Below are positions 39,404 through 48,919 of a stretch of DNA of 64,000 nt, one piece after another (positions within the stretch are counted from its first letter, which is position 1; the number at the start of each line of letters is the position of its first letter). Where the stretch lies: positions 23,331-87,330 of the forward strand of contig JBDGUI010000011.1 in assembly GCA_042216015.1 (NCBI GenBank), read 5' to 3'. The notes under the pieces are model-generated. The model worked only from the letters and a program-made list of their open reading frames with translations, made no database searches and was not told the origin of the DNA. The stretch comes from Halodesulfurarchaeum sp. (GTDB lineage: Archaea; Halobacteriota; Halobacteria; Halobacteriales; Halobacteriaceae). The translations under genes were made by a program, and so were the position numbers.

Positions 39404-40897
39404 TCAGACGAAATCGCCGAGACCGGACTGGGCCTCGTCCTCGTCTTCGGCCGCCTCCTCGTCCCCGGTTTGGGTCTCCTCAGCGTCGGTGGCGGCTGTC
39501 CCCTCCTCGCTTTCTTCACCCGTTTCTTCCTCACCGGCTCCTGACACACTCTCCCCCGTCTCGACGGCCTCGGTCGCTGCCCCGTGACTGCCCGCGAATG
39601 CACCCCCGGAGTGTTCCACGGCCGCGCGTTCCAGCCGCTCTCCGGCGTCCTCGACGATCGACTGGACCTTGTTCGTGTCCTCGCCACTCCCGGTGACGAA
39701 GGCGACGTGTTCGGCCTCGAGGTCGTAGGCAGCCGTCATCGCCACCGTCAGCTCGCGGTTCGTGCAGTGGTGGGTCATCGCGGCGACGTACGGGAGGACG
39801 ACCCGCCGAGCCGTGCCCATGCTCATCCCGCCGACCTCGGCGATCTTGCGGGCGACGTAATCCCGGGTTTCCCGGGTTCCCCGCGACCGACCGAGTTTGG
39901 ACCAGTAACTCGGCGGGCCGTACCGGGTCCAGCCACTTTTCGTTCCCTCTCTGGCCGCGGCCACGCCGGCCGCGACGCTATCGGTGACGTAACGCCAGTA
40001 GCCGTACTCCTGGGTCGAGCGGACCCGTCCGAGCCAGCGGTCCCCAGTCGCGAGCGCGTCATAGGCCCGTGCCAGCTCGCGTCCCTCGTAGTCCTTCGGG
40101 ACGTTGTCCTCGACCCAGTTGATCAGGTCGTCCGGGGTCTCATCGACGTCGTATGCCGTCTTCAGGGCGCCCTCGGCGTCCTCCTCCTTGAGCACCGCAT
40201 CGAGGAAGGGAAAGATCCCCTCGCTTCGATCACGGTTGCCGGTCACCACGTCCCCGACCTCGAGGACCGTCGTCGTTTCCGCGAGTGCCTGCAGGTCGTT
40301 GATCGCCGAGCGGAGGTCGCCGTCGTTCTTCTCCGCGATGACAGAAAGCGCCTCGTCCTCGTACTCGATGCCCTCGCGTCGGCAGATGTCCCGAAGAACC
40401 GGTAGAATCGAGCGCTTCGAAACGTCGCGGAACTCGATGTCGCGGCAGGCGTTTCGCAGGCCCCGGGACATCTCGTAGTACTCGTTTGCGATCAGGACGA
40501 CCGGCTGGGTCGCCTCCTTCACGAGCCTGGTGATCGCCTGGGTCCCGCCCCGGTCGACGGTTCCATGCAGGTTGTCGGCCTCGTCGAGGATGACGAGTTT
40601 TCGACCGCCCGATCCGCCGCTGAGGGTGCCACTCCGGGCCGCTTCCCCGGCGACCCGGTCGACGATGTCGCCGGTCCGCTGGTCGCTCGCATTGAGTTCG
40701 ATCACGTCCCACCCCCTATCGGCGGCCAGCGCGTGCGCTGCGGAGGTCTTTCCCACCCCCGGGGAGCCATGGAGGATGACCGCCTCGCGGTGCTCGGTCC
40801 ACGTGTCGGCCCACTCCTCGAACTCGTCGCGGGCCGAGTCGTTCCCCCGGACCGCCGAAAGCGTATCGGGTCGATATCGCTCGGTCCAGTCCGCCAT
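39404..40897 (-). CDS. rfcL: Replication factor C large subunit
   Basis: WTERYRP, GSPGVGKT, ELNASD, LDEAD, GDLRSAINDLQ; acidic tail. Confidence 0.95.
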   Translation of the reverse strand: MADWTERYRPDTLSAVRGNDSARDEFEEWADTWTEHREAVILHGSPGVGKTSAAHALAADRGWDVIELNASDQRTGDIVDRVAGEAARSGTLSGGSGGRKLVILDEADNLHGTVDRGGTQAITRLVKEATQPVVLIANEYYEMSRGLRNACRDIEFRDVSKRSILPVLRDICRREGIEYEDEALSVIAEKNDGDLRSAINDLQALAETTTVLEVGDVVTGNRDRSEGIFPFLDAVLKEEDAEGALKTAYDVDETPDDLINWVEDNVPKDYEGRELARAYDALATGDRWLGRVRSTQEYGYWRYVTDSVAAGVAAAREGTKSGWTRYGPPSYWSKLGRSRGTRETRDYVARKIAEVGGMSMGTARRVVLPYVAAMTHHCTNRELTVAMTAAYDLEAEHVAFVTGSGEDTNKVQSIVEDAGERLERAAVEHSGGAFAGSHGAATEAVETGESVSGAGEEETGEESEEGTAATDAEETQTGDEEAAEDEDEAQSGLGDFV

Positions 40898-41174
40898 CGT
40901 CCTTACTTGCCGACTCCCGCGTTTATCGATTGCGGGTCGGCGGGCCCGGCCAGCGAGCCAGATGGGGCTGCTCTTTTGTCCTCGTCGTCGGGCATATCCG
41001 GGACCCGGGCGGACGAAATTCGGACGAGAGGAGATCGGCACATCGCTACGTTAGGTACTCCCTGACCGGCGAACGCCACGATGACTCACACAGATCCGCG
41101 AGTAGGTCCTCGAAACCTTTGCCGTCCCAAATGCTTATTCATTCTCACCGACAATTATCGTGTGGTTCTATACC

Positions 41175-42548
41175 ATGCCAGAGTCTTTCGAAGACCTGGT
41201 TCAATCGGCGGATAGTCCAGTCGATCGACTGCGAAGCAGGGGAGCCTATCCCATGGAACTCCTCAAGATGGGAGGAGACATCCCACCGGAATTCACCAAC
41301 TGGCGCGAGGAGCAAAGGGCCTGGGCTACCACGGCCGTACTCATGGATCAGTCCCAGCACATGTGGGATCTCGAACTCGAGGGACCCGAGGCGCTTGACG
41401 TATTCGCCGATCTCGGGATCAACAGCTTCGACTCCTTCCAACCTGGGGAAGCAAAGCAGTTCGTCGCGACCAATCCAAAGGGATATCTGATCGGTGATGG
41501 GATCCTCTACTATCTGGCGGAGGATCGACTCGACCTCGTCGGACTCACGCCGATCAACTGGGTCCACTATCACGTCGAAACGGGGGACTACGACGTGACT
41601 GTCAACCGGGACGAGCCCGCGATGAACCGGGAGGGGCCACCTCAGCGCTTCCGGTATGAGGTACAGGGCCCGGCGGCCCTCTCGATCGTCAAGGAGATTC
41701 TGGACGGCCCGATTCCCGACGTCGACTTCTTCGACTTCGAGACGGTGTCCATCGATGGCATCGAGGTGAAGGCTGCACGTCATGGAATGCTCAACGAGCC
41801 GGGCTTCGAGTTCTGGGGACCGTGGGAGGACGGTGACGCCGTCAAGGAAGCGATCCTCACAGCCGGTGAGGACCACGGGCTTCGGCAGGTCGGAACGCGA
41901 GCGTACTTCACGAACAACCTGAACGGATGGATTCCCGCCCCACTCCAGGCCCTCTATGGCGAGGAGATGCGAGAATTCCGCGAATGGCTGCCCGCCGAGA
42001 GTTTCGAAGCGATGGCCTCTATCGGAGGGAGTTTCAAGTCAGACGACGTCGAGGACTACTACCTCACCCCGTTCGAGGTGGGGTATGGCCGGTTCATCGA
42101 CTACGACCACGACTTCGTCGGCCGGGACGCGTTACAGAAGATGGAAGATGAGCGACACCGTACCAAGGTCACGCTCATCTGGGACCGTGACGCCATGGTC
42201 GAGGCGTTTGGAGGGGTCTTTGAGACGCCGACGGCGAAGTTCATGGAGTTGCCGCGGCCTCATTACGCGTTCACGATGTACGACCGTATCGAGAAGGCCG
42301 GCGAGGTCGTCGGAGTCTCGAAGTGGCCGGCCTACCGCGATCACATCCAGGAAATGATGTCCCTGGGCATCGTCGACCCCGACGTTGCAGAGCCCGGGAC
42401 GGAGGTCACGGTCATCTGGGGCGAGGAAGACTCGCCCAAACCCGAGGTCGAGGATCATGAAGAGGTCGAAATCTCCGCGACCGTCGAAGCAGTCCCATAC
42501 CAGGGCGATAAGCGGAAGACGACGGACTACGCCTCCGTGGACGACTGA
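41175..42548 (+). CDS. GcvT-fold THF-dependent demethylase, LigM/DesA (vanillate/syringate O-demethylase)-like
   Basis: PPEFTNWREEQRAW, DQSQHM, GYLIGDGIL, RYEVQGP, RHGM...GFEFWGPW, VGTRAY, GWIPAPL, LTPFEVGYG, DHDFVGRDAL. Confidence 0.8.
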   Translation: MPESFEDLVQSADSPVDRLRSRGAYPMELLKMGGDIPPEFTNWREEQRAWATTAVLMDQSQHMWDLELEGPEALDVFADLGINSFDSFQPGEAKQFVATNPKGYLIGDGILYYLAEDRLDLVGLTPINWVHYHVETGDYDVTVNRDEPAMNREGPPQRFRYEVQGPAALSIVKEILDGPIPDVDFFDFETVSIDGIEVKAARHGMLNEPGFEFWGPWEDGDAVKEAILTAGEDHGLRQVGTRAYFTNNLNGWIPAPLQALYGEEMREFREWLPAESFEAMASIGGSFKSDDVEDYYLTPFEVGYGRFIDYDHDFVGRDALQKMEDERHRTKVTLIWDRDAMVEAFGGVFETPTAKFMELPRPHYAFTMYDRIEKAGEVVGVSKWPAYRDHIQEMMSLGIVDPDVAEPGTEVTVIWGEEDSPKPEVEDHEEVEISATVEAVPYQGDKRKTTDYASVDD

Positions 42549-42906
42549 ACCCGGTCACCGCTCGAGGACCCGTGATACCGGGGCGTATACCGTCGTCGTC
42601 CGCTCAGGGGACGTAACGGTAATCGGAAACACGTGGATTTCCCCAGCGGGGCTCACCCGTACATAGGTTCGTTTCGCGACCCAATATCAGCGGTCATCGA
42701 GTTCGGTGTCGACTTCGATATTCGCCACGGCCGCCTTGAGCGTGCAGTTTTGGAACAGATCGAACTGAATTCCGGAGTGAACGTTGTCGTCGAATTGAAG
42801 CTTCGATTACCGATCGATTTTCCCGACGACCGATCAAAATGACCCCCGCGATGGCAATCGCCGATCCCCCTCCTCGGGAAATCGGAGGTGAGTTTTTCCG
42901 CTCGGA

Positions 42907-43602
42907 ATGTCAATGTCTCCCATGTCCGATCTGGCGAGGGAACCGAGACGTGTTGATCCCATAGAAATTAGGTTCACTGTCGATCGGATCATGGAAACTC
43001 CTCCATTCCCTCGGTGGGCGGGATCAACCCATTCCGGGGACGAATTGCGAGACGAGGTCAAGTCCCTGCGTCCCGATTTAAAATCTGTCCTGTCTCCTCG
43101 GGGAATGTATCGAGCAATTCCACGGGATGAATCTGGAATTGACCGCTTCGATCCTCCTGTTCGCCTGCTTGAATCCGAAATGATCGTCCCGGGGGTGCTG
43201 ACCATTGGGAAGGGGGTCAAAAATGCGGATTCAGTCGATGGATTGCTCCAGACTCTCGTCGCCGATGCGATGGAAAACGTCGCACTTCAAATGGCGCGGG
43301 TCTGTCTGTTAACCGAGATCAAAGCGTGGGCCACCGAACACGGCTATAATACGACCCGGGTCTTTCCCCCTGGCACCCGGGGGGACGGATGGGATGTGGA
43401 TAACCGACGATTCATGTTTGAAACACTGGACACGGAATCCATCGATGTGGACCTTCACGAAGGCCGCATCACCGAACCCAGAAAGACGTTCACGTTTGCA
43501 ATGGGATTGGGAACGGAGATTTCACAGGCAGATCTGTTGCTTACCTGTGGCGATTGCGAGTACGTGACCGATTGCCCGTACGTGGGTTCGAGGGTAGAGT
43601 AA
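42907..43602 (+). CDS. Stand-alone B12-dependent methionine synthase activation (AdoMet-binding) domain-like protein
   Basis: LTIG.GV...L.DAM...AL, TRVFPPG...WD, ITEPRKTFT..MG and C-terminal CGDC....CPY match the pattern of this family. Start position uncertain. Confidence 0.65.
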   Translation: MSMSPMSDLAREPRRVDPIEIRFTVDRIMETPPFPRWAGSTHSGDELRDEVKSLRPDLKSVLSPRGMYRAIPRDESGIDRFDPPVRLLESEMIVPGVLTIGKGVKNADSVDGLLQTLVADAMENVALQMARVCLLTEIKAWATEHGYNTTRVFPPGTRGDGWDVDNRRFMFETLDTESIDVDLHEGRITEPRKTFTFAMGLGTEISQADLLLTCGDCEYVTDCPYVGSRVE

Positions 43603-43813
43603 CGACCATTTCGTGCGGTAATCAGGACTGTAAGTCGCCAACCAACAGCCCTCCAATCGCGTACCATAGGCGGTTTGCTATGTGCAATGGCGATTCCAGT
43701 CCGCTGTCAGCAACGGGGTGTCATTTGCAGGTCACCAACCCATAAACCCCTCCATTATTTGGCTGTATATCCAATTGATTCGGCAATAATTGTTACTATG
43801 TGAGTGGAAACCA

Positions 43814-44488
43814 ATGTCAAAGTCCCTTGAACTGAAAGAAGCCATCGTCGACGCGGACACGGAAACAGCAGTAGAATTGACACGAAAAATCTTGGACGAA
43901 CGGGCTGCGACGGAGGTATTGGACGAGGCCATTCTGCCGGCCGCTGACACGATCGGAGAGAAGTACGAAACTGGCGAATTTTTCCTGACGGACCTCATGC
44001 GGTGTGGGGACACGATGGAAGCGGTGATGGAACCGCTAACAGAGGCACTGAACGAACAGGTGGCCACAACCGGCGAAAAGGACGAACGGGTGACGATCGT
44101 TCTCGCAACGATCAAGGAGGACATTCACGACATCGGGAAGAATCTGGTACGGCTGTTTTTGGCCGGCAATGGGCACCACGTTCACGACATGGGAGTCGAC
44201 AAACCAGAAGACGAAATCGTCGATCGTGCGATCGAGGAAGATGCCGACGTGATCGGACTCTCGGCCCTCATGAGTATAACCCGTGACAATATGCGTGACG
44301 TGATCCTCGAACTCGAAGATCGGGATCTTCGCGATGAATTTAAAGTTCTCGTAGGCGGCCGATCCGCAAACGCAGAATGGGCAGAAGAAATCGGTGCGGA
44401 CGGATACGCCCCTGATGCCCCTCGGGCCGTCGACGAGGCTGAACGGCTATGGAATGAACTCGAACAGGAAGCCAAGGGAGGTGCCTAA
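43814..44488 (+). CDS. Corrinoid (B12-binding) protein, MtaC/MtbC/MttC family
   Basis: Cap domain (IGEKYETGEFFLTDLM) plus DIHDIGKNLV (DxHxxG), GLSALM (SxL) and VLVGG...IGADGYAPDA. Confidence 0.93.
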   Translation: MSKSLELKEAIVDADTETAVELTRKILDERAATEVLDEAILPAADTIGEKYETGEFFLTDLMRCGDTMEAVMEPLTEALNEQVATTGEKDERVTIVLATIKEDIHDIGKNLVRLFLAGNGHHVHDMGVDKPEDEIVDRAIEEDADVIGLSALMSITRDNMRDVILELEDRDLRDEFKVLVGGRSANAEWAEEIGADGYAPDAPRAVDEAERLWNELEQEAKGGA

Positions 44489-44490
44489 CA

Positions 44491-45630
44491 ATGGGTGAAC
44501 TGGCAAGTGTCGAACGGGTCGCAACGGCATTACAGGGAAAAGAACCGGATCGGGTCCCGGTCGGGACGTTGGCGATCTCTCGAGCGCTCTGGGAGATCGA
44601 CGAACGACCAAAGGATGCCCAGAACGATCCGGAAACGATGGCGAAAGCGAAGATCGCGGCGAACGAGAACTTCGGCGACGATATGGTAATCGCGGGGATC
44701 GATGGGTGTTTTGTCGAAGCCAAAGCCTGTGGAGCGCAGGGATTCTGGAGCGAACACATGGAGATCGTCGACGCCACCCAGCGCACCTTCGAATCCTGGG
44801 ATGAAATCGATGATCTCGAATTTCCCGATCTGGAGGAGCATATCCGGACCTCTTCGGTCCTCCGTGAATCCGCGATTCTCATGGACGAGGTGGGCGATCA
44901 GAAAGCCGTCGCCCCTATCGTCTCGGGGGTGTTTAGCACCGCTGCAAATTTGATCGGACACGAAGAACTCTATCGTGGAATGTACGAGGAACCCGAAAAG
45001 GTCCATGAATTTTTGGAAAAATTGAACGAATTCCACATCGAGTATCACACTGCATTCGAGGGAAAGGCCCACGGTGTTGTCGTCCTGGATCCGGTCGCAG
45101 CGACTGAAACCACCTCCCCCCCACAGTACGAGGAATTCGTCCTCCCGTATCTCAAGGAGGACTTCAAAGCGATCGCAGACACCGGAATGATTCCGATCAA
45201 CCACCCGTGTGGCGATACCACAGGAATCATTCAGATGGTTGCCGATTCGATCCCAGATGGAGCTCCTGGGGGGATTCACGCGAACTATGGCAACGTCGAT
45301 AAATGGCCAAAGGACGTCGAGTATCTCGAAGAGACACTGGGCGAGGATAACATCGAGTACGACGAGGGCGACCCCTACAGCATCATGCTACAGGCGGTCA
45401 AAAAGGACGTCGGCGATCAGGTATGCATTCTCGGCAACGTCGATCCCGTTACGGTCTTGCTCGAGGGGGATCCCCAGACGGTCAAAGAAACTGCGAGGCG
45501 GAATATCGAATATGGGGCTGAAGGTGGCGGATTTATTCTGACCCCTGCCTGTGATACGAATCCAAATACACCGAGTGAGAACTTCAAAGCCCTCGTCGAG
45601 GCTGCAAAAGAATACGGACAATACGAATAG
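44491..45630 (+). CDS. MtaA/CmuA-like methylcobamide methyltransferase (URO-D superfamily)
   Basis: G.EPDRVPV, VEAKACGA, SPPQYEEFVLPY, HPCG...PAC (H-x-C-Xn-C Zn motif), GNVDP, GGFIL. Two bp downstream of the corrinoid gene. Confidence 0.85.
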   Translation: MGELASVERVATALQGKEPDRVPVGTLAISRALWEIDERPKDAQNDPETMAKAKIAANENFGDDMVIAGIDGCFVEAKACGAQGFWSEHMEIVDATQRTFESWDEIDDLEFPDLEEHIRTSSVLRESAILMDEVGDQKAVAPIVSGVFSTAANLIGHEELYRGMYEEPEKVHEFLEKLNEFHIEYHTAFEGKAHGVVVLDPVAATETTSPPQYEEFVLPYLKEDFKAIADTGMIPINHPCGDTTGIIQMVADSIPDGAPGGIHANYGNVDKWPKDVEYLEETLGEDNIEYDEGDPYSIMLQAVKKDVGDQVCILGNVDPVTVLLEGDPQTVKETARRNIEYGAEGGGFILTPACDTNPNTPSENFKALVEAAKEYGQYE

Positions 45631-45774
45631 GTCTGCGCCTTCTGCGTCTCGGATCCTTGCCTAATTGTTCCGATAACGGAGTTTCAACCCCATATATCGA
45701 CCGCTGCAGAATAGTACACACATCTACCACGGCTTTCGAGATTGGATGTATCAGACGGGTAAACCCTGCTTCTG

Positions 45775-46458
45775 TTACTCGCAGGTCGGATGGCCGATCA
45801 GGATCTCCACGGGCCAGATGTATCCTCGCCGGTGATGCTCTCGACGCTCGATCGTGAATCCCGCAGCTTCGAGGGCTTGTCGGGCGTATATCGGTCTACA
45901 GCCGATGCGTTCGTAGCCGGGAACGTGGTCGAATACCCACTCGTACGCCCGAATGAAGGGATCATTCTCGACGGTTTCACGCTCCATTGTTATCACACCA
46001 ACCCGACCATCCGGAGTGAGAACTCGTTTGCATTCCTGGAGAACCGCTCGTATCTCGCCTCGGGAGAACAACTCGAGAGTGTCTTCGATGAAGATGACAG
46101 CCACCGAATCTTCGGCAATCGGGAGTGAGCGCGCATCTCCAAGAACGAGGTCGATCCGCTCGCTCACCGCTGGTCGCATGGCTCTGCTGCGGGATCGGTC
46201 GAGCACCCCTGGCGCAGCATCGAGCCCAACGACGTGGCCCGTCTGATCGAGGAACCCGGCGAGTGAAACCAGCCCATATCCAGGTCCGCAGCCAAGTTCC
46301 ACTATTCGTTCAGAGGGCGCTATCGAAAGGAGATCGAGGGCACGCTGTCGCGTCCTCGCTTCCATTGGTGCGACGAACCAATCATAGAGGGACGCAAACC
46401 GGTCGTAGGTGGCGGCGATCGTTTCGTTCGACACGGTTGGTTGCGACGCCGACTCCAT
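45775..46458 (-). CDS. Class I SAM-dependent methyltransferase (UbiE-like)
   Basis: VELGCGPG, GLD, GDARSLP, RVLTPDG. Confidence 0.88.
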   Translation of the reverse strand: MESASQPTVSNETIAATYDRFASLYDWFVAPMEARTRQRALDLLSIAPSERIVELGCGPGYGLVSLAGFLDQTGHVVGLDAAPGVLDRSRSRAMRPAVSERIDLVLGDARSLPIAEDSVAVIFIEDTLELFSRGEIRAVLQECKRVLTPDGRVGVITMERETVENDPFIRAYEWVFDHVPGYERIGCRPIYARQALEAAGFTIERREHHRRGYIWPVEILIGHPTCE

Positions 46459-46665
46459 GGTTCGATAGTTGTCCCTGCCGGTATAGTAATTGCCAACAGC
46501 AGGGCCGGAGATGCCTTGAAATGTCCAATATGGGCCGTCACCGCATTTGCAAGGGACGTGACAAGAAGTTGATGAATACGCGGAATATATATGGGGGACA
46601 GACTCCTGGCATCAGGACGTGTTTATTTCCCAGAAAGGTGGGGGGACACGACGGAAGGATTCATC

Positions 46666-47226
46666 ATGAGTGAGTGTCCGAAAATATCGATCGTCGTATA
46701 CGGGAGCGTTCTCAACCCGGAGGACTTAAACGAGTTACTGGATGGGGTGTCCGGACGGGTTTCTCCCGTTCGCGTCTCTGGGTTCAAACGTATCTTCAAC
46801 CAGGAAGCAAGCTGGCGGGAAACCAATGACGACCAAAGAGCGGTTCTCAACGTCGTTCAATCCCCTAACAGTTGGTTCAACGGCGTTCTGATCAAAGACC
46901 TTTCCCGACGGGAATTCCGCGAAATACAGGACCGTGAGCGGGGGTACAGGTTCATCGAAATAGAAGCTGAGCAAATCGAGTATTACGAAGAGAGTGACGT
47001 AGCGACCGGAGCTATCGATGGAGCGCTTGGGTCGCCAATAGAGCAGGATCTCATTCTCACCACCACCGGGAAAAAAGTCAACCCCTCGATCTCGCCGATT
47101 CCGGATTACGTCACGGTTTGTAAGGAAGGTGCCGAAAGTTGGGGACAGACTTTCTTTGAAGATTTCATCCACACGACCGAAACGAACGCGGGTGACACGC
47201 TGTCTGAAGGTATCGATTCAGAGTAG
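46666..47226 (+). CDS. Gamma-glutamylcyclotransferase-like protein
   Basis: VVYGSVLN, GFKRIF, NGVL, DRERGY, PDYV..C..GA. Confidence 0.7.
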   Translation: MSECPKISIVVYGSVLNPEDLNELLDGVSGRVSPVRVSGFKRIFNQEASWRETNDDQRAVLNVVQSPNSWFNGVLIKDLSRREFREIQDRERGYRFIEIEAEQIEYYEESDVATGAIDGALGSPIEQDLILTTTGKKVNPSISPIPDYVTVCKEGAESWGQTFFEDFIHTTETNAGDTLSEGIDSE

Positions 47227-47251
47227 GGAGTACTGGTTGGAGCCTGGGGGC

Positions 47252-48196
47252 TCAGTTCAGTCTCGTCTTCGATTCGATCAGCACCGCAGCGATCCAAATG
47301 ATTGCAGCAAGTCCCCAGATTGCGAAGGTTCCGCTCCGACTGGATATCTCGAATCCAGCCGTGAATAGCACAGCGACGATGGGAATAGCGAACTCCCTGA
47401 CCTTCTGCTGAAATAGGTACCACGTATCTCGATAGACTCGGATGGGCTGACAGACCCCGCTTTTCGGGAGCCCTTCAATGCCGAGTTCAGTCCGCACCTC
47501 CTCGTCGATCCATACCTCCGGGAGATCAACTTCGGTTTCCCTGATCCGCCTCAAGCCGAGCGTTTCTTCACAGGGTGGGTACCGATTGTCATCACGTTTC
47601 TTTTGCTGCTCTTTTGTGCTCCGATGCTCCTCATCAATTTCGAATGCCTTGACACCCCGAACAATTCGACTTCCCCGCGTCGATTCGAGGGTGACGTTTT
47701 CCCCCTCCTCCACACCGATTATCTGCATCGTGTTTGGAGGGAGTCGACAAACTTTGTCCTCGAGATCAGGAAATACGCCCATCCGAGTTCGGCAAACCTG
47801 TGGTCGGACACCCAACATTTTGTTCATCGCCCGTCGATGAGTCCGCTGTTCGGGGTTCTCCGTCGGGTCGACATATACGTAATTCGCCCCGCTCGCCTCT
47901 CCGTGTTTCACTTCGAGTTCGGAGGGGGCACCGAGTGCGGTCCTGACAGTGAAGTCCAACCCAATGGTGTCACTGGGGAGATCCTCGTTCAATTTTACCC
48001 GTGCATGAATTTCCGTGGCGAGGGAGTTGGTATTTCGGATCCGTAAAAAATCACCTTCGGTGGTGTCTGGGAAATACTCACGAAGAACCTCGCCATTCAC
48101 CTGGGTGATGTATTCCTTTGAGAACTCTCGATTCGACGTGGTTCCAACCCTGAGCCTCACTCCGATTGCCCCATCCCTTTGGCTCTGCCCCTCCAT
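47252..48196 (-). CDS. Hypothetical protein, putative tandem double-psi beta-barrel domains plus two C-terminal TM helices
   Basis: Repeated GD/E.V.I....I.LD..VR..LG pattern (IGLDFTVRTALG; VWIDEEVRTELG) and a hydrophobic C-terminus. Confidence 0.6.
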   Translation of the reverse strand: MEGQSQRDGAIGVRLRVGTTSNREFSKEYITQVNGEVLREYFPDTTEGDFLRIRNTNSLATEIHARVKLNEDLPSDTIGLDFTVRTALGAPSELEVKHGEASGANYVYVDPTENPEQRTHRRAMNKMLGVRPQVCRTRMGVFPDLEDKVCRLPPNTMQIIGVEEGENVTLESTRGSRIVRGVKAFEIDEEHRSTKEQQKKRDDNRYPPCEETLGLRRIRETEVDLPEVWIDEEVRTELGIEGLPKSGVCQPIRVYRDTWYLFQQKVREFAIPIVAVLFTAGFEISSRSGTFAIWGLAAIIWIAAVLIESKTRLN

Positions 48197-48547
48197 GGAT
48201 TGCTTCCAGTTGAACACCTGTTGATAATATATTTTTCCTGTCACCCGTAAAAACGGCATTCACTGCCGGTTTGGAAAATTTCATCCGACAAGATCTGCAG
48301 GTCACATCTCGCATCCAGTCGACTTTTAAAAACGAGTCCACACATTCATCGATAGCCAATTCATCCAGCAGCTCATGGCCATCGAAACGGATCAAGTATC
48401 CACCACATTCAGATCGAATCGGTTTCGAACCCCGACTGATCGAGGGTGAACATTCCGATTCAATCACCCGATATCGAACAGCCCGGAACAATCGCGACCA
48501 CGCTCCACAGGTCTCGGTACGTCGGGGCGAGTGGGAAAGGGTAGATT

Positions 48548-48621
48548 ACCCGGGAGCGGAGAGACGTGAGGAAATAGAATACGAACCCGGGAGCGGAGAG
48601 ACGTGAGGAAATAGAATACGA
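48548..48621. repeat. Exact 37-bp tandem duplication
   Basis: ACCCGGGAGCGGAGAGACGTGAGGAAATAGAATACGA at 48548 and 48585. Confidence 0.92.
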
Positions 48622-48919
48622 GACTGAAATTCCGCTTTTCACCAATCCCGAGTTCGTGGATCGTCCCCTGTTTTTTCGAGAGCCAATACAGAATATTCTT
48701 GTATCTACCACCCACCCAGGTCTTATACACGGTTTCGATGACCCAACGTTGTCGAAGAAAGCGCTCAGTCCCCGACTATGTCAGTGCCTTCAAACCTGAA
48801 AACTCCGAGTATTTCGGAAAAACGTGGTCTTTCGATACCTGCGGGATACAATTGGTCGATCCCTCGAGTTACGTGATCGAAATCGAAGGTCACGGGCGAA
48901 ATCCACTGGAGGTCATCGT

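Noticed and set aside
42600..42850. Short ORFs between the LigM-like gene and the activation-domain gene
   Set aside because: A minus-strand frame has host-like codons (…NIEVDTELDDR*) but no start and no recognisable family.
43603..43813. Possible cobalamin riboswitch upstream of the corrinoid gene
   Set aside because: No B12-box or other conserved riboswitch core is visible; it reads as an AT-rich promoter region.
44491..45630. Annotation as true uroporphyrinogen decarboxylase (hemE)
   Set aside because: It lacks the N-terminal RQAGR motif, has the HxC...C Zn motif, and is coupled to a corrinoid protein gene.
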